A DNA stretch of 64,000 nt from a virus (lineage: Duplodnaviria; Caudoviricetes), in the IMG/VR virus record IMGVR_UViG_3300031857_023573, positions 32,001 to 96,000 of that record; one strand, written 5' to 3'. Each line of letters begins with the position of its first letter. Within the stretch, counting starts at the first letter, position 1. The translations under genes and the position numbers were made by a program. The notes below the pieces were generated by a model, which was not told where the DNA came from, did not search any database, and saw only the letters and a program-made list of their open reading frames with translations. Positions 36,853-49,100 of this stretch are shown one piece after another.

Positions 36853-38907
36853 TTATAGTGAGTAAGTAGACCTATTTGCTTCAAAATTTTGAGAAACATC
36901 CGCCGCACTGAGAGCGGATGAATATATTCTAACAATACCAATTTGTCCATTAAAATATTGTGAAAATTCTCCGTTATTATAAGAACCAATATAAAGATTA
37001 CTTGTTGTGTTTAATAAATTACCTATCGTAGAAGATACTGTTCCTATTGAACTTCCGTTTATATATGTTGTGAAAGTATCTCCAGTATTTGAGTAAACAT
37101 ATACAGCTTGATACCAAGTACTAGTAGTTATTGTATAACCTGTTGAATTAGAGTAGTGTGTGTTTAATGTTCCACCAAGTCCATTTCCAATTTGTGAATA
37201 TACTGAAGAAGATGAATTTATTCTTACTGAATATGACACATCAATTGCACCACCACCTGTATCGAACTTTCCAAGAATTACTTGAGATCCAGAAACATTA
37301 TCAACTTTGAACCAAACTTCCATCGTCCAGTTACCAGTTCCGGGCTCTAAAAGAGCATTATCTGATATTGATATTTGTGAACTAGTACCATTGAAGTCAA
37401 AGTATTTTTTGTTGAAGGTCACATTTGATAAAGTTCCACTTAACGAGTTTCCAGAGAGGTCACTAACTGTTGAGCCTGTTCCAGAATAAGATGTTAAAAG
37501 TGATGGATTGAAGTATAATTTTAAATTAGAGGTGATAAAATTTGTACCGTTGTATACGGGACTAAGTGCATCATAGTTTTGTTTAATTTGCTCTACTGTA
37601 AGTTTTGAGTTATATAACATCATATTTGCAACATATCCAAAAGGTTGAGAAACTCCAAGATTATTACCTAATCCATCGTGTAAATTTCCACCAGATCCGT
37701 AAGAAATTGAACTTCCAACTTGAGAACCGTTTATGTAAAATGCTTGAGATGAATTATCACCAACAACAGAATATTGAGTCCATACGTCAACAAATGGAGA
37801 CAGATCATATCCCGAACTTCTAAAGGCGCTATCCCAATATCCTAAGGTATTTGTACCATTTGGAATTGTAATTGGTGTATAACGTGGGGATTTAGTATAA
37901 AGTAAGGTTCTAAATGATGTGTTATCATTGATAGCTCTTGCCCAAATGACATATGTATATCCAGTCGTTGATAATGTAGGGCCAGTACCATCCACTGCTA
38001 TTTTTTTATCACCAGTAGTACAGTCAAAGCATTTTATTCCATAAATCACAGCCGATGTGGCACCTGTGGTCAGAGAGTGTGTGTAATTATTTCCACTGAT
38101 ATCAAAAACTGATCCACCACTAAAACTTTGTGGATCGTTCGCGTCCAACCAAATTAATAAATCATTTGTGTGTATATAATTTGATTTAGTTGAATTATAA
38201 TTATTTAAAACCTGTTGTTGTGAAAGCGCGGTGTTATAAACATGAAAAGCTCCGAATTTTGCTTTTGCATATGTACCGTCTCCTAAATTTGTGGTATCAG
38301 CGGCACCTATTGCGTAGAAAAGTCCAGCACCACTCCCATTGTTATATGGTGTTTGTCTGATTCCGGTTGTTGTTCCAGCGACCTGTCCATTTATGTATCC
38401 TTTCATAGTCAGTCCATCATATGTCAGACCAACATAATACCAATTATGTGAAGATATAGGAATTGAAGATATAAAGGTCAATCCTGGCCAAAGAAAGAAT
38501 TCTAAATCACCGTTGACAATTTCGATCTGTGAATCGTGCCAAACAGAACTCAGAGTTGATGTTCCTTGTTCTGTAATTAATACACCGTTATCCATAGGAT
38601 ATACCCATAAAAAATACGATATTATTGTAGAAGTGTTTGGTGGTGACAACTTTGAATTGAGTGAGGTACTAGTTATTATGTAATCATTTGTACCATCTAT
38701 ATTTAAATAACCGTTAGATGAATAAACTGGACCATTTATCAAAGTCGCGTTACTATTTTCAACTAAATCATCTATAGTAGTTAAACCATAGTAGGTATTA
38801 CTATTGTACATTTCATATCTTAAAATTAATCCAGGAAGCGTGAATCCCCTTATAGAGGTGAAGAGTTTAGATAATGGTCCTGAGAAACTTGAAAGTCTAT
38901 TTAGCAT
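36853..38907 (-). CDS. LamG / concanavalin A-like multi-domain virion protein
   Basis: Three domains with F(D/N)G.N....I, WY.V..(T/V)Y, .YING and (V/I)Y..ALS...V.QN(Y/F) LamG-like patterns. Confidence 0.8.
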   Translation of the reverse strand: MLNRLSSFSGPLSKLFTSIRGFTLPGLILRYEMYNSNTYYGLTTIDDLVENSNATLINGPVYSSNGYLNIDGTNDYIITSTSLNSKLSPPNTSTIISYFLWVYPMDNGVLITEQGTSTLSSVWHDSQIEIVNGDLEFFLWPGLTFISSIPISSHNWYYVGLTYDGLTMKGYINGQVAGTTTGIRQTPYNNGSGAGLFYAIGAADTTNLGDGTYAKAKFGAFHVYNTALSQQQVLNNYNSTKSNYIHTNDLLIWLDANDPQSFSGGSVFDISGNNYTHSLTTGATSAVIYGIKCFDCTTGDKKIAVDGTGPTLSTTGYTYVIWARAINDNTSFRTLLYTKSPRYTPITIPNGTNTLGYWDSAFRSSGYDLSPFVDVWTQYSVVGDNSSQAFYINGSQVGSSISYGSGGNLHDGLGNNLGVSQPFGYVANMMLYNSKLTVEQIKQNYDALSPVYNGTNFITSNLKLYFNPSLLTSYSGTGSTVSDLSGNSLSGTLSNVTFNKKYFDFNGTSSQISISDNALLEPGTGNWTMEVWFKVDNVSGSQVILGKFDTGGGAIDVSYSVRINSSSSVYSQIGNGLGGTLNTHYSNSTGYTITTSTWYQAVYVYSNTGDTFTTYINGSSIGTVSSTIGNLLNTTSNLYIGSYNNGEFSQYFNGQIGIVRIYSSALSAADVSQNFEANRSTYSL

Positions 38908-38909
38908 AA

Positions 38910-41195
38910 TTAATCAAAAGCATTTATTTGTCCAAGAACTTGAGTCCAAGAACCACTACTTCTAATAAATGTAAATCCAACTATATCTATCCCGTTTGGT
39001 GTTCCAGAAGCGGTTCCACCTGACCACTTAATGGTCTCACTAGCGCCACCATTTATTGTAACGGAAGTTGGTATATATGCAGTTGATCCTTGATTTATAA
39101 CTAATGTCGTTGTAATTGCTCTATTATCAGTAGTTGGGACATTAATAAAATTTGCGGAGAAATTTGTATTCGTAGATGAGTGATACCAATTTGCACCTGT
39201 AGAAAAATCGTAAACAACTGTAGACGCAGTCGCATTAATAGATGTTTCTATTACTTCAGATACTTGTTGGAATATTGTATGACCTGTAAACACCGAATTT
39301 CCAGTTACTGAAAAAGTAGAACCATCAAATGTTAAATTAGATTCAGCGTTTGATCCAGTCGCGGTACCATCTGATGTGATGATTCTACCAAGTCCGTAAT
39401 TAGTGATACTAAGTTGAGGTCCTTGTGGACCAGTGACACCTATTTCACCATTTGGCCCAGTGGGTCCAATTTCACCTTGTGGTCCAGTAGGTCCAGTTTC
39501 GCCTTGTGGACCAGTTGCGCCTATTTCACCATTTGGTCCAGTAGGTCCAGTTTCGCCTTGTGGACCAGTTGCACCTATTTCACCATTTGGTCCAGTTTCG
39601 CCTTGTGGACCAGTTGCACCTATTTCACCATTTGGTCCAGTAGGTCCAGTTTCGCCTTGTGGACCAGTAGGTCCATCATTACCATTAGTACCATTCGTTC
39701 CAGTAGGTCCTGGCACACTTACAACATTATTTACCGCATTATCTACATATTCTTTATCTACAAGTGATCTGTTAACAAATCCAGACGAGTAATCTGTAAA
39801 ATATACAAGTCCTTGTGATGCTGATGCGTCACTTCCGATTGATATTAACGATGAATCACCTGTTAATGCTAAAACACCGCCAGCTGAGATTGTAATATCA
39901 TTACTGGCGATAACTTGTACGCCATCAGATGAGTCAAAACTTATAAAGTCTGAGACTGTATCAAAGACAGAAGATGTGAAAGAAATATAGTCGAAACCAA
40001 CTGCAATCAAATCATTATAGTTACCCTGGAAATTCAAACTACTTACTAGTGTTCCGCCTACACTTAATGTACCACCAATATTTTGAAGGCCATTGCCATA
40101 ATTACTTGGTGTTACTCCTGATCCAACATCTTGTGTTCTACCAGTAATGTTTATATACCAAGCACTGAAAGTCGCTATTTCATTATTACTGTCGGTCACT
40201 CCAAACCCTTCGGAGTAAGAAACGACTAATGATAATTCACCGGTTGCTCTATCATATGAGTCTACTAAACCTTCGAAGAAGATACTTGAAAGTTCTTCTA
40301 CATAGTCATCTTGATAGTAATTCTGAACAAGTGTATTATAAACTTGAGCGTATTCACCAGAAACAAATCCAAGTTTTCTCTGAGTGAACAGATTTGCAAT
40401 TGCTCCTGGTTCTGGTATCTGTAAAGGAGTGCTTGAGGTGCCGTGTAAATGTCCAGTAATTGGTGAACCGTTTTGTAAAATATCACCATCAATAGGTATT
40501 ATTAAATTACCATTATAGATAGTATAGACATATTCAATTGGTGATGCAGTTGCTGACCAGTCATATGTCTTAAAAGAAAGAGAGCTACTTTGTGTAGCTT
40601 CCATAGTGAAAGAAATCTGTGCTCTTTCAAATTCGGTGTTTTCAAACTCAGATGAAGTAGGTCCAAGTTCAATTGGACTAGTACCTGACCAAACTCTCAA
40701 AAGTGGATTAGAACCAGTCGCGGTAAAATTTGTAAATCTTAATGAGCTTCCACTATCTAAATACAAATGGTGACCATCCATCGACATATCACCTTGTGAT
40801 TCAAATCTACCAAGTTCATTTGGAATTAGTGGCTTCTCAGTCAAATCGTTATAAGATGTGACAGTTGAATATGAGAAACCTGCGAGTGATTGAGTTATAG
40901 TCTCTAAAACAAAGTTTTTTACTTCAGCATCAATAAAAAGTGGTGATCTTTCTTTTAAAATATCAACTTGAGTTTGTATTCTCGAAAGAGCTATTCTTGC
41001 TTCATTTGTTGTTGAAAAATCTAGATCAATTGTGTGAGATTTAGTGATAATCTTCACAAGATTATTAATAGCTCTTAATGATGTTATCGAATAAGCATTT
41101 ATAGTATGCTTAATTACACCAGTAGTATCTTTGATTTTTAATAAATTATCTGTATCTGATACCTGAACTAAAAAATTGTCTAGTTTATATGCCAT
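38910..41195 (-). CDS. Collagen-repeat tail fibre protein
   Basis: About 33 G-X-Y triplets; C-terminal D(F)S.GAN.Y...N..N.P...I.WSGG..DIVGF fibre-tip pattern. Confidence 0.75.
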   Translation of the reverse strand: MAYKLDNFLVQVSDTDNLLKIKDTTGVIKHTINAYSITSLRAINNLVKIITKSHTIDLDFSTTNEARIALSRIQTQVDILKERSPLFIDAEVKNFVLETITQSLAGFSYSTVTSYNDLTEKPLIPNELGRFESQGDMSMDGHHLYLDSGSSLRFTNFTATGSNPLLRVWSGTSPIELGPTSSEFENTEFERAQISFTMEATQSSSLSFKTYDWSATASPIEYVYTIYNGNLIIPIDGDILQNGSPITGHLHGTSSTPLQIPEPGAIANLFTQRKLGFVSGEYAQVYNTLVQNYYQDDYVEELSSIFFEGLVDSYDRATGELSLVVSYSEGFGVTDSNNEIATFSAWYINITGRTQDVGSGVTPSNYGNGLQNIGGTLSVGGTLVSSLNFQGNYNDLIAVGFDYISFTSSVFDTVSDFISFDSSDGVQVIASNDITISAGGVLALTGDSSLISIGSDASASQGLVYFTDYSSGFVNRSLVDKEYVDNAVNNVVSVPGPTGTNGTNGNDGPTGPQGETGPTGPNGEIGATGPQGETGPNGEIGATGPQGETGPTGPNGEIGATGPQGETGPTGPQGEIGPTGPNGEIGVTGPQGPQLSITNYGLGRIITSDGTATGSNAESNLTFDGSTFSVTGNSVFTGHTIFQQVSEVIETSINATASTVVYDFSTGANWYHSSTNTNFSANFINVPTTDNRAITTTLVINQGSTAYIPTSVTINGGASETIKWSGGTASGTPNGIDIVGFTFIRSSGSWTQVLGQINAFD
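39414..39710 (-). repeat. Collagen-coding tandem repeat (near-identical 54-nt unit, [18 protein letters not shown])
   Basis: Repeated cctatttcaccatttggtccag(taggtccag)tttcgccttgtggaccag on the + strand; one copy lacks a 9-nt triplet-repeat step. Confidence 0.9.
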
Positions 41196-41210
41196 TATTT
41201 AAAGTAATTT

Positions 41211-42371
41211 TTAAGCTGTTATATTTAAATTTATAATTACTCCATCTAAGTAATTTTGAGCAATATCTGAAAAATCAAATGACATTGAATGTGTTCCAAT
41301 ACCAGTAATCGATGAGACTAAATTACTTTCAGTTCCTGTCAAGATTATATTGGATGCAGTTATTGCCATAATACCATCTCTGTTATCAACAATTTGATCA
41401 ATTAAAAGATCAATCAAATTAGACTTACTAATCACACTAGATACACCGTAAGTAGAGAGTGATATTGAAGTCGAGAAAGTGTATCCTGTAACACTGTAAG
41501 AACTTCCACCTGCATAGGTAGGAACGTCAACAGATATATCAGACAAAATCAAATCACCAGTTCCTCCAACAAATTCATTGAAGTGCATAACTGGGTCTAT
41601 ACTATCCGAAAGTGGATCAATATCGCCAATATTTATTTGAGGGTTAGAAAGTACATAAGTAAGAAGTGATTGAGCTTGTACAGCATCCTGTTCTGTAACA
41701 AATGATAAAAGTAATGTACCAAGTGTATCATCATCAATAGTCAAAATTGAGGCAGTTCTTGTAACTGAATTTATAGTTGATAAGTTAATATAGACAAGTG
41801 GTCTTGCGTTTACATCAACAATTACTATTGATTCTCCAACAATATAAGTTTGAATGTCTGTATATTGAAGATCTGTAAATGAGGTTCCACTTTGATTAAG
41901 TGTATCATTAAAGAATGAATAAGTATCATCAATTACCGCAACCATTACATCTAAAACAACTGCATATTTTGAATTAGGATTAGTTAAATAAAGTTGTTTA
42001 ATTCTATTCGATGAGTTACCAGTTAATACAATTAACTGATTAAATGAATGTCTCGAAGCCAAGTCGTCATAATAATAGTAATCTATATAATTATCTTCTT
42101 CATTTACTGATTTAGTATTATAAGTAGCTTTGATTGCTAAAAAAGTCGCATTATCACCTAATCCAAGATGATTAAGTAGAAAGTTAGCTTGACCGGCTTT
42201 TAGGATTACTCTACTTTTAAGTAATTGTTTGTATGGTATTCTGATATCACCACCTAAAAGTCTTTCAACTGTGTTAACTCCCTCGATTGCAACGAAATCA
42301 GACCCTTGTAATTTGATATATTGACTTGTAGCGCCAAATATTGAAGTATTTCCAGGACATCCTATACACAT
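41211..42371 (-). CDS. Putative virion structural protein
   Basis: 386 aa within the structural block; AATATATA at 42393-42400. Confidence 0.55.
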   Translation of the reverse strand: MCIGCPGNTSIFGATSQYIKLQGSDFVAIEGVNTVERLLGGDIRIPYKQLLKSRVILKAGQANFLLNHLGLGDNATFLAIKATYNTKSVNEEDNYIDYYYYDDLASRHSFNQLIVLTGNSSNRIKQLYLTNPNSKYAVVLDVMVAVIDDTYSFFNDTLNQSGTSFTDLQYTDIQTYIVGESIVIVDVNARPLVYINLSTINSVTRTASILTIDDDTLGTLLLSFVTEQDAVQAQSLLTYVLSNPQINIGDIDPLSDSIDPVMHFNEFVGGTGDLILSDISVDVPTYAGGSSYSVTGYTFSTSISLSTYGVSSVISKSNLIDLLIDQIVDNRDGIMAITASNIILTGTESNLVSSITGIGTHSMSFDFSDIAQNYLDGVIINLNITA

Positions 42372-42423
42372 GTGCAGAGTTTAAATTTAACTTATATATT
42401 AAATAGAAAAACTTTAAACTCAA

Positions 42424-45240
42424 TTAATATTGAATATCTCTTACGTCTATTTGATATTTTTCCGAGATAGGAATTTGATCTAACTCATTAATACGAGTTA
42501 TTCTAATCATTAGACCTTTATTTATGTCTAAATATGGTAAATTTGAAAGAAGTGAGCTACTTGCACTGTGTAAAGTAAGTGGTAGTTGACCACTAACATA
42601 ATCCATAAAATCTGAATTTACTGAAACATCAAGTGTAATTGTTGATGATGTGGCACTCACTGATGTTACAGAATATTGTCCAGAAAAATCAAATACTGAG
42701 CTTGTACCCACAAAAAGATTATTTAATGTAAAAACATCACCTTGTTTTATTGAATTATAAACAATGTTTGCATCAGTATCAAAACTTAATTCAAGAAGAT
42801 TATTTGATGTTACTGTTATATCTTTAGTAAAATCAACATTAAATTTAAAATTTTTCCAAGTCTTTGCAGAGTTTGGTTGAGAGGTTATTGAATTATAAAA
42901 AACAGGCAAATCTATATCACTTACTACTAATGTTTCAATTAAAGAAGTATTTGCAGCTCCAGTCGCTATTGATCCGCTACCTTCTAGAAAATCAAGATTT
43001 ACTGTTGATGTGCCGGTCGGATCACTAACACTTCCAAGTCCAAGAGGGTTAATTGTTGATATAAAAATATCTAACTTCTTATTCTGTGTACTCAAATCAG
43101 AGCCAGTGATGAAAATATCAACACTTTGCCTAAACTCAAGGTCTGATGTCATGAGAAGTTTTAATTTACCATCATTTGGTAATAATAATGATACTTCATC
43201 ATTATTTATTATGTTTACTGAAAAGTCCTTATATCTCGGTACAGTAACACTAACAGGTACCGCACCGTCAGCATTGTACATATCAGTGGTGTTATAGTTT
43301 TCAATCTTAAAATACCTTCTATCAATACTATTATATCTTATAAAAGGTGGACTAGTCTCTGAAACCAATTCAACTTCGATGGTATTCGATGAGAAAGACT
43401 GCATAGTGCTATAACTTTTCAAAAGTTCTTCTAAATTCGAAATTTTAGAATTTATTGTAGCGAAATCTCTCTGAGAATAAATTAGTTGTTTAACACTCAA
43501 AATTTGATCTTTTAATGATGAGTGCTCACTAATAATATTCAAAAAACTATCATTTACTGAAGCTAATCTCTTCATAGCTTCATTGAAAAGAGTCATACTG
43601 AATACAGAATTTACGGATTCTGGATTATAAGCCTCGATTGGATTGTCATTAATTATATTAAAGTTGAGATTAAGAGCAAATGCATATGATGTACCATCTT
43701 GATTACCATTTGCAACTAGTTTTCTATATGTTGGGAATCTTATCCCGATTTCAGCATCTTTTGGATTATTGTCTGGGTTGTCTAAGAAAGAAATACCGTA
43801 TAGATTTGTTTTCTTAGTACCATTTTGATCTTCTACTGTATAATACCACAAAATTGCATTAAATTCAAAATCTTGCGGTGGTTGATTATTTACCTCCAGT
43901 CCATTAAATTGGTCAAAGTTTGAAAGCTGTCTATCTGGTAGATTCATCTTTACATAGTGAGCTGTATCTAAATCAATAACAACTCCATCTATATTACTTC
44001 CATCAACAATTGGCGTATTAATATCGCCACTAACACCGTAAAAATCACCACTTCTTCTTAAAGAATCACCATTCGATGTTTCATATGTAAAATCTTCTGT
44101 ATCAAATTGTCCATAATAAGAACCTGGATAGTTCTGTGGAGTATTTACTATTGGTGATGAGAAAAGTTCAGATCCAAGTATCTCTGGTTGATATTGACTC
44201 GGTATAATAGGAAAAGACATTCCTGGAGTGTAGTTGTTATCTGCCAGAGTTCTAAATAAAATATCAGGAGTTCTACCGGTGTGATCAGGTACGTGAGCAT
44301 AAACCTCTGTGTAGGCTTTATTTGCCTCTTGAACGTTTGATATACCATTAACCTCACCAATGTATTTCACAAGTGGATGATATACTAAATTACCATAACT
44401 TAAACCACCTGGTGAGGCACTACTTCCACTAAATGGGAAATCTATCACAACTAATTGATTGCCACAACAACCACCATCAGTAATTTCTAGAACTGTTACT
44501 TGAATAGGTCCGGGCCATTCCGTATATACTCCAACCCCAAATAGGGCATCTAATAGATCTTGATTAGTGATATCACCATCAAGTATAATTGTATCACCTG
44601 GTTGAAATCCAGTTTCGTTCTGAAAAGTAAGAGCAAGTGCTTGATCACCTATAGAAACTAATTGACCATCTATAGTAGCTGTGAAGTCACCGAATTGAAT
44701 AAAAACATATTGAGATGTTTGTCTTTCTCTCCATAAATATTCTCTAAAATAAGTATCATCGGTAACACTATTTCTTGAAAATTCTTCTAAAGTGTCTATG
44801 TATTCGTCTTGTGGTAGAGCTGGTTCGAATTCAATAAGACCTAGTTTTCTACACCATTTCCAGAATATTTTTTCAGCAGTTGTTTCAAGTGCCGTATTGT
44901 CATAATAATATTCTGTGTTATTTAGTCTTGATTCTCTTATTGTAATTTCGTGATTTGCTACGTAATTTCTTAGTGATTCGATTACTTGATCTTTGAATGT
45001 TTCAGCTACTGTCAAAGATGAGCTATTAAATGTTGTTGTAAAATCCCAGGTTATTCTTTCTGATTGGGTACCACCAGGTGATGAGGTATTTTGTATTGGA
45101 AAATCCAATAAAACATACTTTGAGAAGTACATTTTATAATTTGAATTTTGGTACGCTGCTGATATATCTTCGGCTGCACCTGGAAAAGCATAAAAAGATG
45201 TTCCGTTGGTTTTAAGAAATTTATAAAGTGGTGTAACCAT
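42424..45240 (-). CDS. Large putative virion structural (tail/baseplate) protein
   Basis: 938 aa, acidic and beta-rich; AATATATA at 45264-45271; context only. Confidence 0.55.
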   Translation of the reverse strand: MVTPLYKFLKTNGTSFYAFPGAAEDISAAYQNSNYKMYFSKYVLLDFPIQNTSSPGGTQSERITWDFTTTFNSSSLTVAETFKDQVIESLRNYVANHEITIRESRLNNTEYYYDNTALETTAEKIFWKWCRKLGLIEFEPALPQDEYIDTLEEFSRNSVTDDTYFREYLWRERQTSQYVFIQFGDFTATIDGQLVSIGDQALALTFQNETGFQPGDTIILDGDITNQDLLDALFGVGVYTEWPGPIQVTVLEITDGGCCGNQLVVIDFPFSGSSASPGGLSYGNLVYHPLVKYIGEVNGISNVQEANKAYTEVYAHVPDHTGRTPDILFRTLADNNYTPGMSFPIIPSQYQPEILGSELFSSPIVNTPQNYPGSYYGQFDTEDFTYETSNGDSLRRSGDFYGVSGDINTPIVDGSNIDGVVIDLDTAHYVKMNLPDRQLSNFDQFNGLEVNNQPPQDFEFNAILWYYTVEDQNGTKKTNLYGISFLDNPDNNPKDAEIGIRFPTYRKLVANGNQDGTSYAFALNLNFNIINDNPIEAYNPESVNSVFSMTLFNEAMKRLASVNDSFLNIISEHSSLKDQILSVKQLIYSQRDFATINSKISNLEELLKSYSTMQSFSSNTIEVELVSETSPPFIRYNSIDRRYFKIENYNTTDMYNADGAVPVSVTVPRYKDFSVNIINNDEVSLLLPNDGKLKLLMTSDLEFRQSVDIFITGSDLSTQNKKLDIFISTINPLGLGSVSDPTGTSTVNLDFLEGSGSIATGAANTSLIETLVVSDIDLPVFYNSITSQPNSAKTWKNFKFNVDFTKDITVTSNNLLELSFDTDANIVYNSIKQGDVFTLNNLFVGTSSVFDFSGQYSVTSVSATSSTITLDVSVNSDFMDYVSGQLPLTLHSASSSLLSNLPYLDINKGLMIRITRINELDQIPISEKYQIDVRDIQY

Positions 45241-45321
45241 TTTTTACAACTCAGTTTTTTGTATATATATTTAGATTGGTGGGCTCCAGAAACAATCCTA
45301 ATTTTTTTCATATAAATTAAA

Positions 45322-45765
45322 ATGTTTATACAAATTTTAGGTCATATTTTCTATTTCATTGGACTTTTTGTTCTTATTATGTCTTTTTCAAATATGTTCA
45401 ATTTTTTGAAATTCATCACAATAAAGAACTGGTTCGACTCTTTCAAAAAGATAACCGGGAAAGATGCTAAAAAATCTGACTTCAGAAGTCCAGAAGACTA
45501 TAACATTTTCTCAATTTATGTTACTTTTATCTTTGCTGAATTTTTCTGGCTTTTATTCGGACTTGCAACTTCTAGTTGGTATATTTTCCTACCACTTTTA
45601 ACATTAGACATGTGTTACAAGTTTTTTGTTTCTTCAACTTCTAATTTATTATCATTAAAGAAAGTAATAGGTCAGACATTTAGTTGTATAAAATTCTCAA
45701 TAATATTAATTCTAATATTAAATCACTTTCATTTACATATAAATTGGATTGAATTATTTAGATAA
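45322..45765 (+). CDS. Membrane protein, about 4 TM helices
   Basis: Hydrophobic segments FIQILGHIFYFIGLFVLIMSF, IFSIYVTFIFAEFFWLLFGL, WYIFLPLL, FSIILILIL. Confidence 0.7.
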   Translation: MFIQILGHIFYFIGLFVLIMSFSNMFNFLKFITIKNWFDSFKKITGKDAKKSDFRSPEDYNIFSIYVTFIFAEFFWLLFGLATSSWYIFLPLLTLDMCYKFFVSSTSNLLSLKKVIGQTFSCIKFSIILILILNHFHLHINWIELFR

Positions 45766-46107
45766 CTCTTTTACAAATTCAACAACGGCAGCTTGAGTTC
45801 CATTAATTGTATATTCATATAGACCGAAACTACCAGTTTCAGAAGCTGGTTTATCAAAAAATTTAACATCATTTAAGCACTCATCTATTTGATTTCTATA
45901 TTTAAGATAAAAATCATAGATATCTGAATCATTTATAAATCCTTCTATTTTTACTTCTTTAGGATCTTTGATAAAAGATTCAACAAATGATTTAAATTCA
46001 CCACCAGATTTTTCGATAGTTTTTTCAATCATCTTTTTTACTTCCTCGATGACTTCTTGAAACTTATTTGCTTCAATCGCTTCTGTAAATTTTCTTATTC
46101 TATTCAT
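45754..46107 (-). CDS. Hypothetical protein with leader MNRIRKFTEAIE
   Basis: 117 aa; AATATATA at 46112-46119 overlaps the upstream stop, 4 nt from ATG. Confidence 0.7.
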   Translation of the reverse strand: MNRIRKFTEAIEANKFQEVIEEVKKMIEKTIEKSGGEFKSFVESFIKDPKEVKIEGFINDSDIYDFYLKYRNQIDECLNDVKFFDKPASETGSFGLYEYTINGTQAAVVEFVKELSK

Positions 46108-46117
46108 ATACTATATA

Positions 46118-49100
46118 TTAACCCCAAACACCATTAAACCATCCATTATACCAAATACCTCCGTTAAAGTACCCTTCATCAAAAACTCCGTTAAACCATA
46201 TTCCAGAGTTCCAGGTTGATGCTTTGAAACTTGAAACACATTTTATACCGAGGTTATTTGATATTCCTGTATCAACAGACATTATATCTACCAATAGTTG
46301 ATCCACAAAAACTTCAGTTCTATTAAGATCTTCATCAATATTTGTATCAAGTACAGTATATTTTCTTGGGTTATTTGTTGAACCAAAATCAGAGTATACA
46401 CCAGTTATAAGGTTATCAACAATATAGAAAATATCACCTATATTAAACCTATAAACGCCACTCAGTGTGAATCTATTGTCGTCAGTGTTTATTCTAATAA
46501 TATTAACTTCATTTGATATACCACCTTGCCACAATGAAGAGTTAAAGTTGATATTATAAACATCACCACCGTAGAATACACCACCGCTAAAAACACCAGT
46601 GTACCATTTTGAATATTTATGAATTTCAGAAACATCTGGTAAACCTTGGTCGTTTATATTTAGGAATGAATGGAATTGTCCTTTTATAAATTTACCACCA
46701 TACCATATAGAATTTCTACTATTAAATGACTTTGTTCCAAATCTTGAGATTTTACCTCCTTGTTCATTAAACTCACCATCATACCAGATACCATTTTCAA
46801 AATCACCACCGTTAAATTTACCATCTAACCAGTATGATAGACTACTATCTGTGTTGAAAATTCCGTTATACCAAGTTCCGAGTACCCAAGTACCGCCAAG
46901 GAACTGACCATTATTCCAAGTGCCATCATTCCAAGTTCCATCAAACCATCTACCACTGCCCCAAGTACCTCCATACCATCTACCACTATACCAGGATCCA
47001 TTTTCCCAACTTCCACCAAACCATCTGCCACCATACCACGTAGAGTTAAACTCATCAGTTCTTAAATTATCAACTTTAACACTTAAAAGTTTATCTGTAA
47101 TTTGTTTAGATGTCCACACCCCATCATACCAGTCTCCAGATTTCCAAGTACCAGAAATCCAAGTACCACCAAACCATCTTCCACCTTCCCAGATGCCTCT
47201 ATACCAAATAAGGTTTTGATCTTGATCCATTCCGATTATTGCATCAGAGACTTCAGCATCTAGTATCCAGTAGTATTTTTCAGTCAGACTTACTAAATCC
47301 AGTCCATCAATTAATCTGAATCTAAATTTATTAAAATCAACATTTTCTAACTTGTACTTATCATCTACTAATTTGTACATTTCTGTTGTGATTTCAACAG
47401 ATTGTTTAACTTTTTTATCACCAACTCCCAAATCGAATATATCAACGGGTTGAAAATTCAAAAATGGATCTTTCCTCGTAACAGAAGCGACTAAATTGTC
47501 AAGAGGAAATACTCCAGCGAATGGTACATTTAGTTCTATAAAATAATCATCAATTACATTCACTGTATGAAAGCCAAGGTATTCTGTGTGGTTTGGTGTA
47601 CTTGCTGTTGCAGTTTTTATAGTAACTGCATCACCAGTTTTTAACCCGTGTTTATCACCAAATGCAATTTGATATAATCCATTTACAGAACTAAAAATTC
47701 CATTCACATCTAACAACAGATCTCGATCTAATTTAGTCATCTGTATTGCAAGGTTTCCCTCGAAATCGGTATACACTATTCCAGAAACATTCTTAATTAC
47801 ATCTAAATCTGCGGTAAGTGCCTTAGTATATGAGTCAGTTGGAATTTTAAACTTAATTGGTGTTTGATAATTTGTGAACGTAAAACCAGGTTCAATTTCA
47901 ATTTCAGACCAAATATTACCGTCTGAATCATCATACGGTCTATGAATGTTATTCATATATTGTAAATCTTCTGATATCTGTCTTAAAGTTCTTCTACTGT
48001 GTATTGTAATTGCCGAGGTATCATTTGTGCCTTCGAATTTTTGATGAAAAACTATAACATAATATGGTTCGGTGTATGTAGTATTATCGTAATATTTATC
48101 AACTATTAACAGTCGATTTGTAGTATGAACAACACCCGAAGGCGGATAACCTGTTCCTTGTTTCACTTGAATATCAACAAATGTCCATAAAAGAAACGAG
48201 TCCCAAATTGGCTTTAAATTAATACCAAAAAATAGTTTATTACTTTCAGATTGACCAGAATATGGATTTGGTATGAAGTCTACGTAAATTAAATTGTCAT
48301 TTACAACACTTGTATCTGCAATTCCGGAATCTGGTCCAGGTATATCATCATATTTTGGCAAAACCAAAAACTCTTTACTAGGAACAAATATTGAGTCATC
48401 AATAAAATTCAAGTAACTTAATAAATTATACGTAGGTGTATAACCAAAATTCAAGAATTGAGATTTATATCTTATATCATCTTGTAGCAAATATCCAGAA
48501 GTATTCAAAACTTGTACATTTGCTTGTAAATTGTAGTAAGCTGAATATTGACTATACTTACCAGTAATTTGAAAAGACTGTGTTAATCCCACTGGTGAAG
48601 CAACTGGTACCGGATAGTCTGACTCTTTTACTTCGATTTCATATGCATATGAGATGTAGTGTTTTTTGAAGTTATCTAGAAATAGTGAGTTGTAGTTCAA
48701 CTCGGTTATAGTAAGTGAAATATCTCCTGAACCACCTATTTGATTAGTTGTTGATAAATAAATAATATCACCAACTGAGTATTTGTAACCAGGATTGTTT
48801 ACTGCAATACTTACAACATTTCCAGCTCCGTTTATCTGTACATCAAAAGTCGCACTATATCCAATTGCACTTGTTGACGATAGATTTTTATAAGATCCTT
48901 GATTGTAACCAGCGCCAACAAAAGTTTGTGTGAATGTCCCAATACCTCCTGTAGTTGTTGGATATTTATTTAAATTTGTTACAGATATTAAGGTACTTTC
49001 ATTTAGATTATTTAGTATATTCTGATTAAAGTTCGTATAAAAATATTGAAAGTGTCTAGCATTACCACCTACTATTTGCGTGAAAACTTTGTTTATTATA

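Noticed and set aside
36853-38907. Diversity-generating retroelement target in the LamG or fibre C-termini
   Set aside because: No reverse transcriptase in the window, and I saw no template/variable repeat pair differing only at adenines.
39414-39792. Regular repeats suggesting a CRISPR array, and + strand ORFs 39414-39767 and 39433-39792
   Set aside because: No unique spacers; the repeats are the antisense shadow of G-X-Y collagen codons in the minus-strand fibre gene.
44822-44831. GGTTCGAATT T-loop-like sequence
   Set aside because: Inside the 938-aa coding gene with no surrounding cloverleaf.
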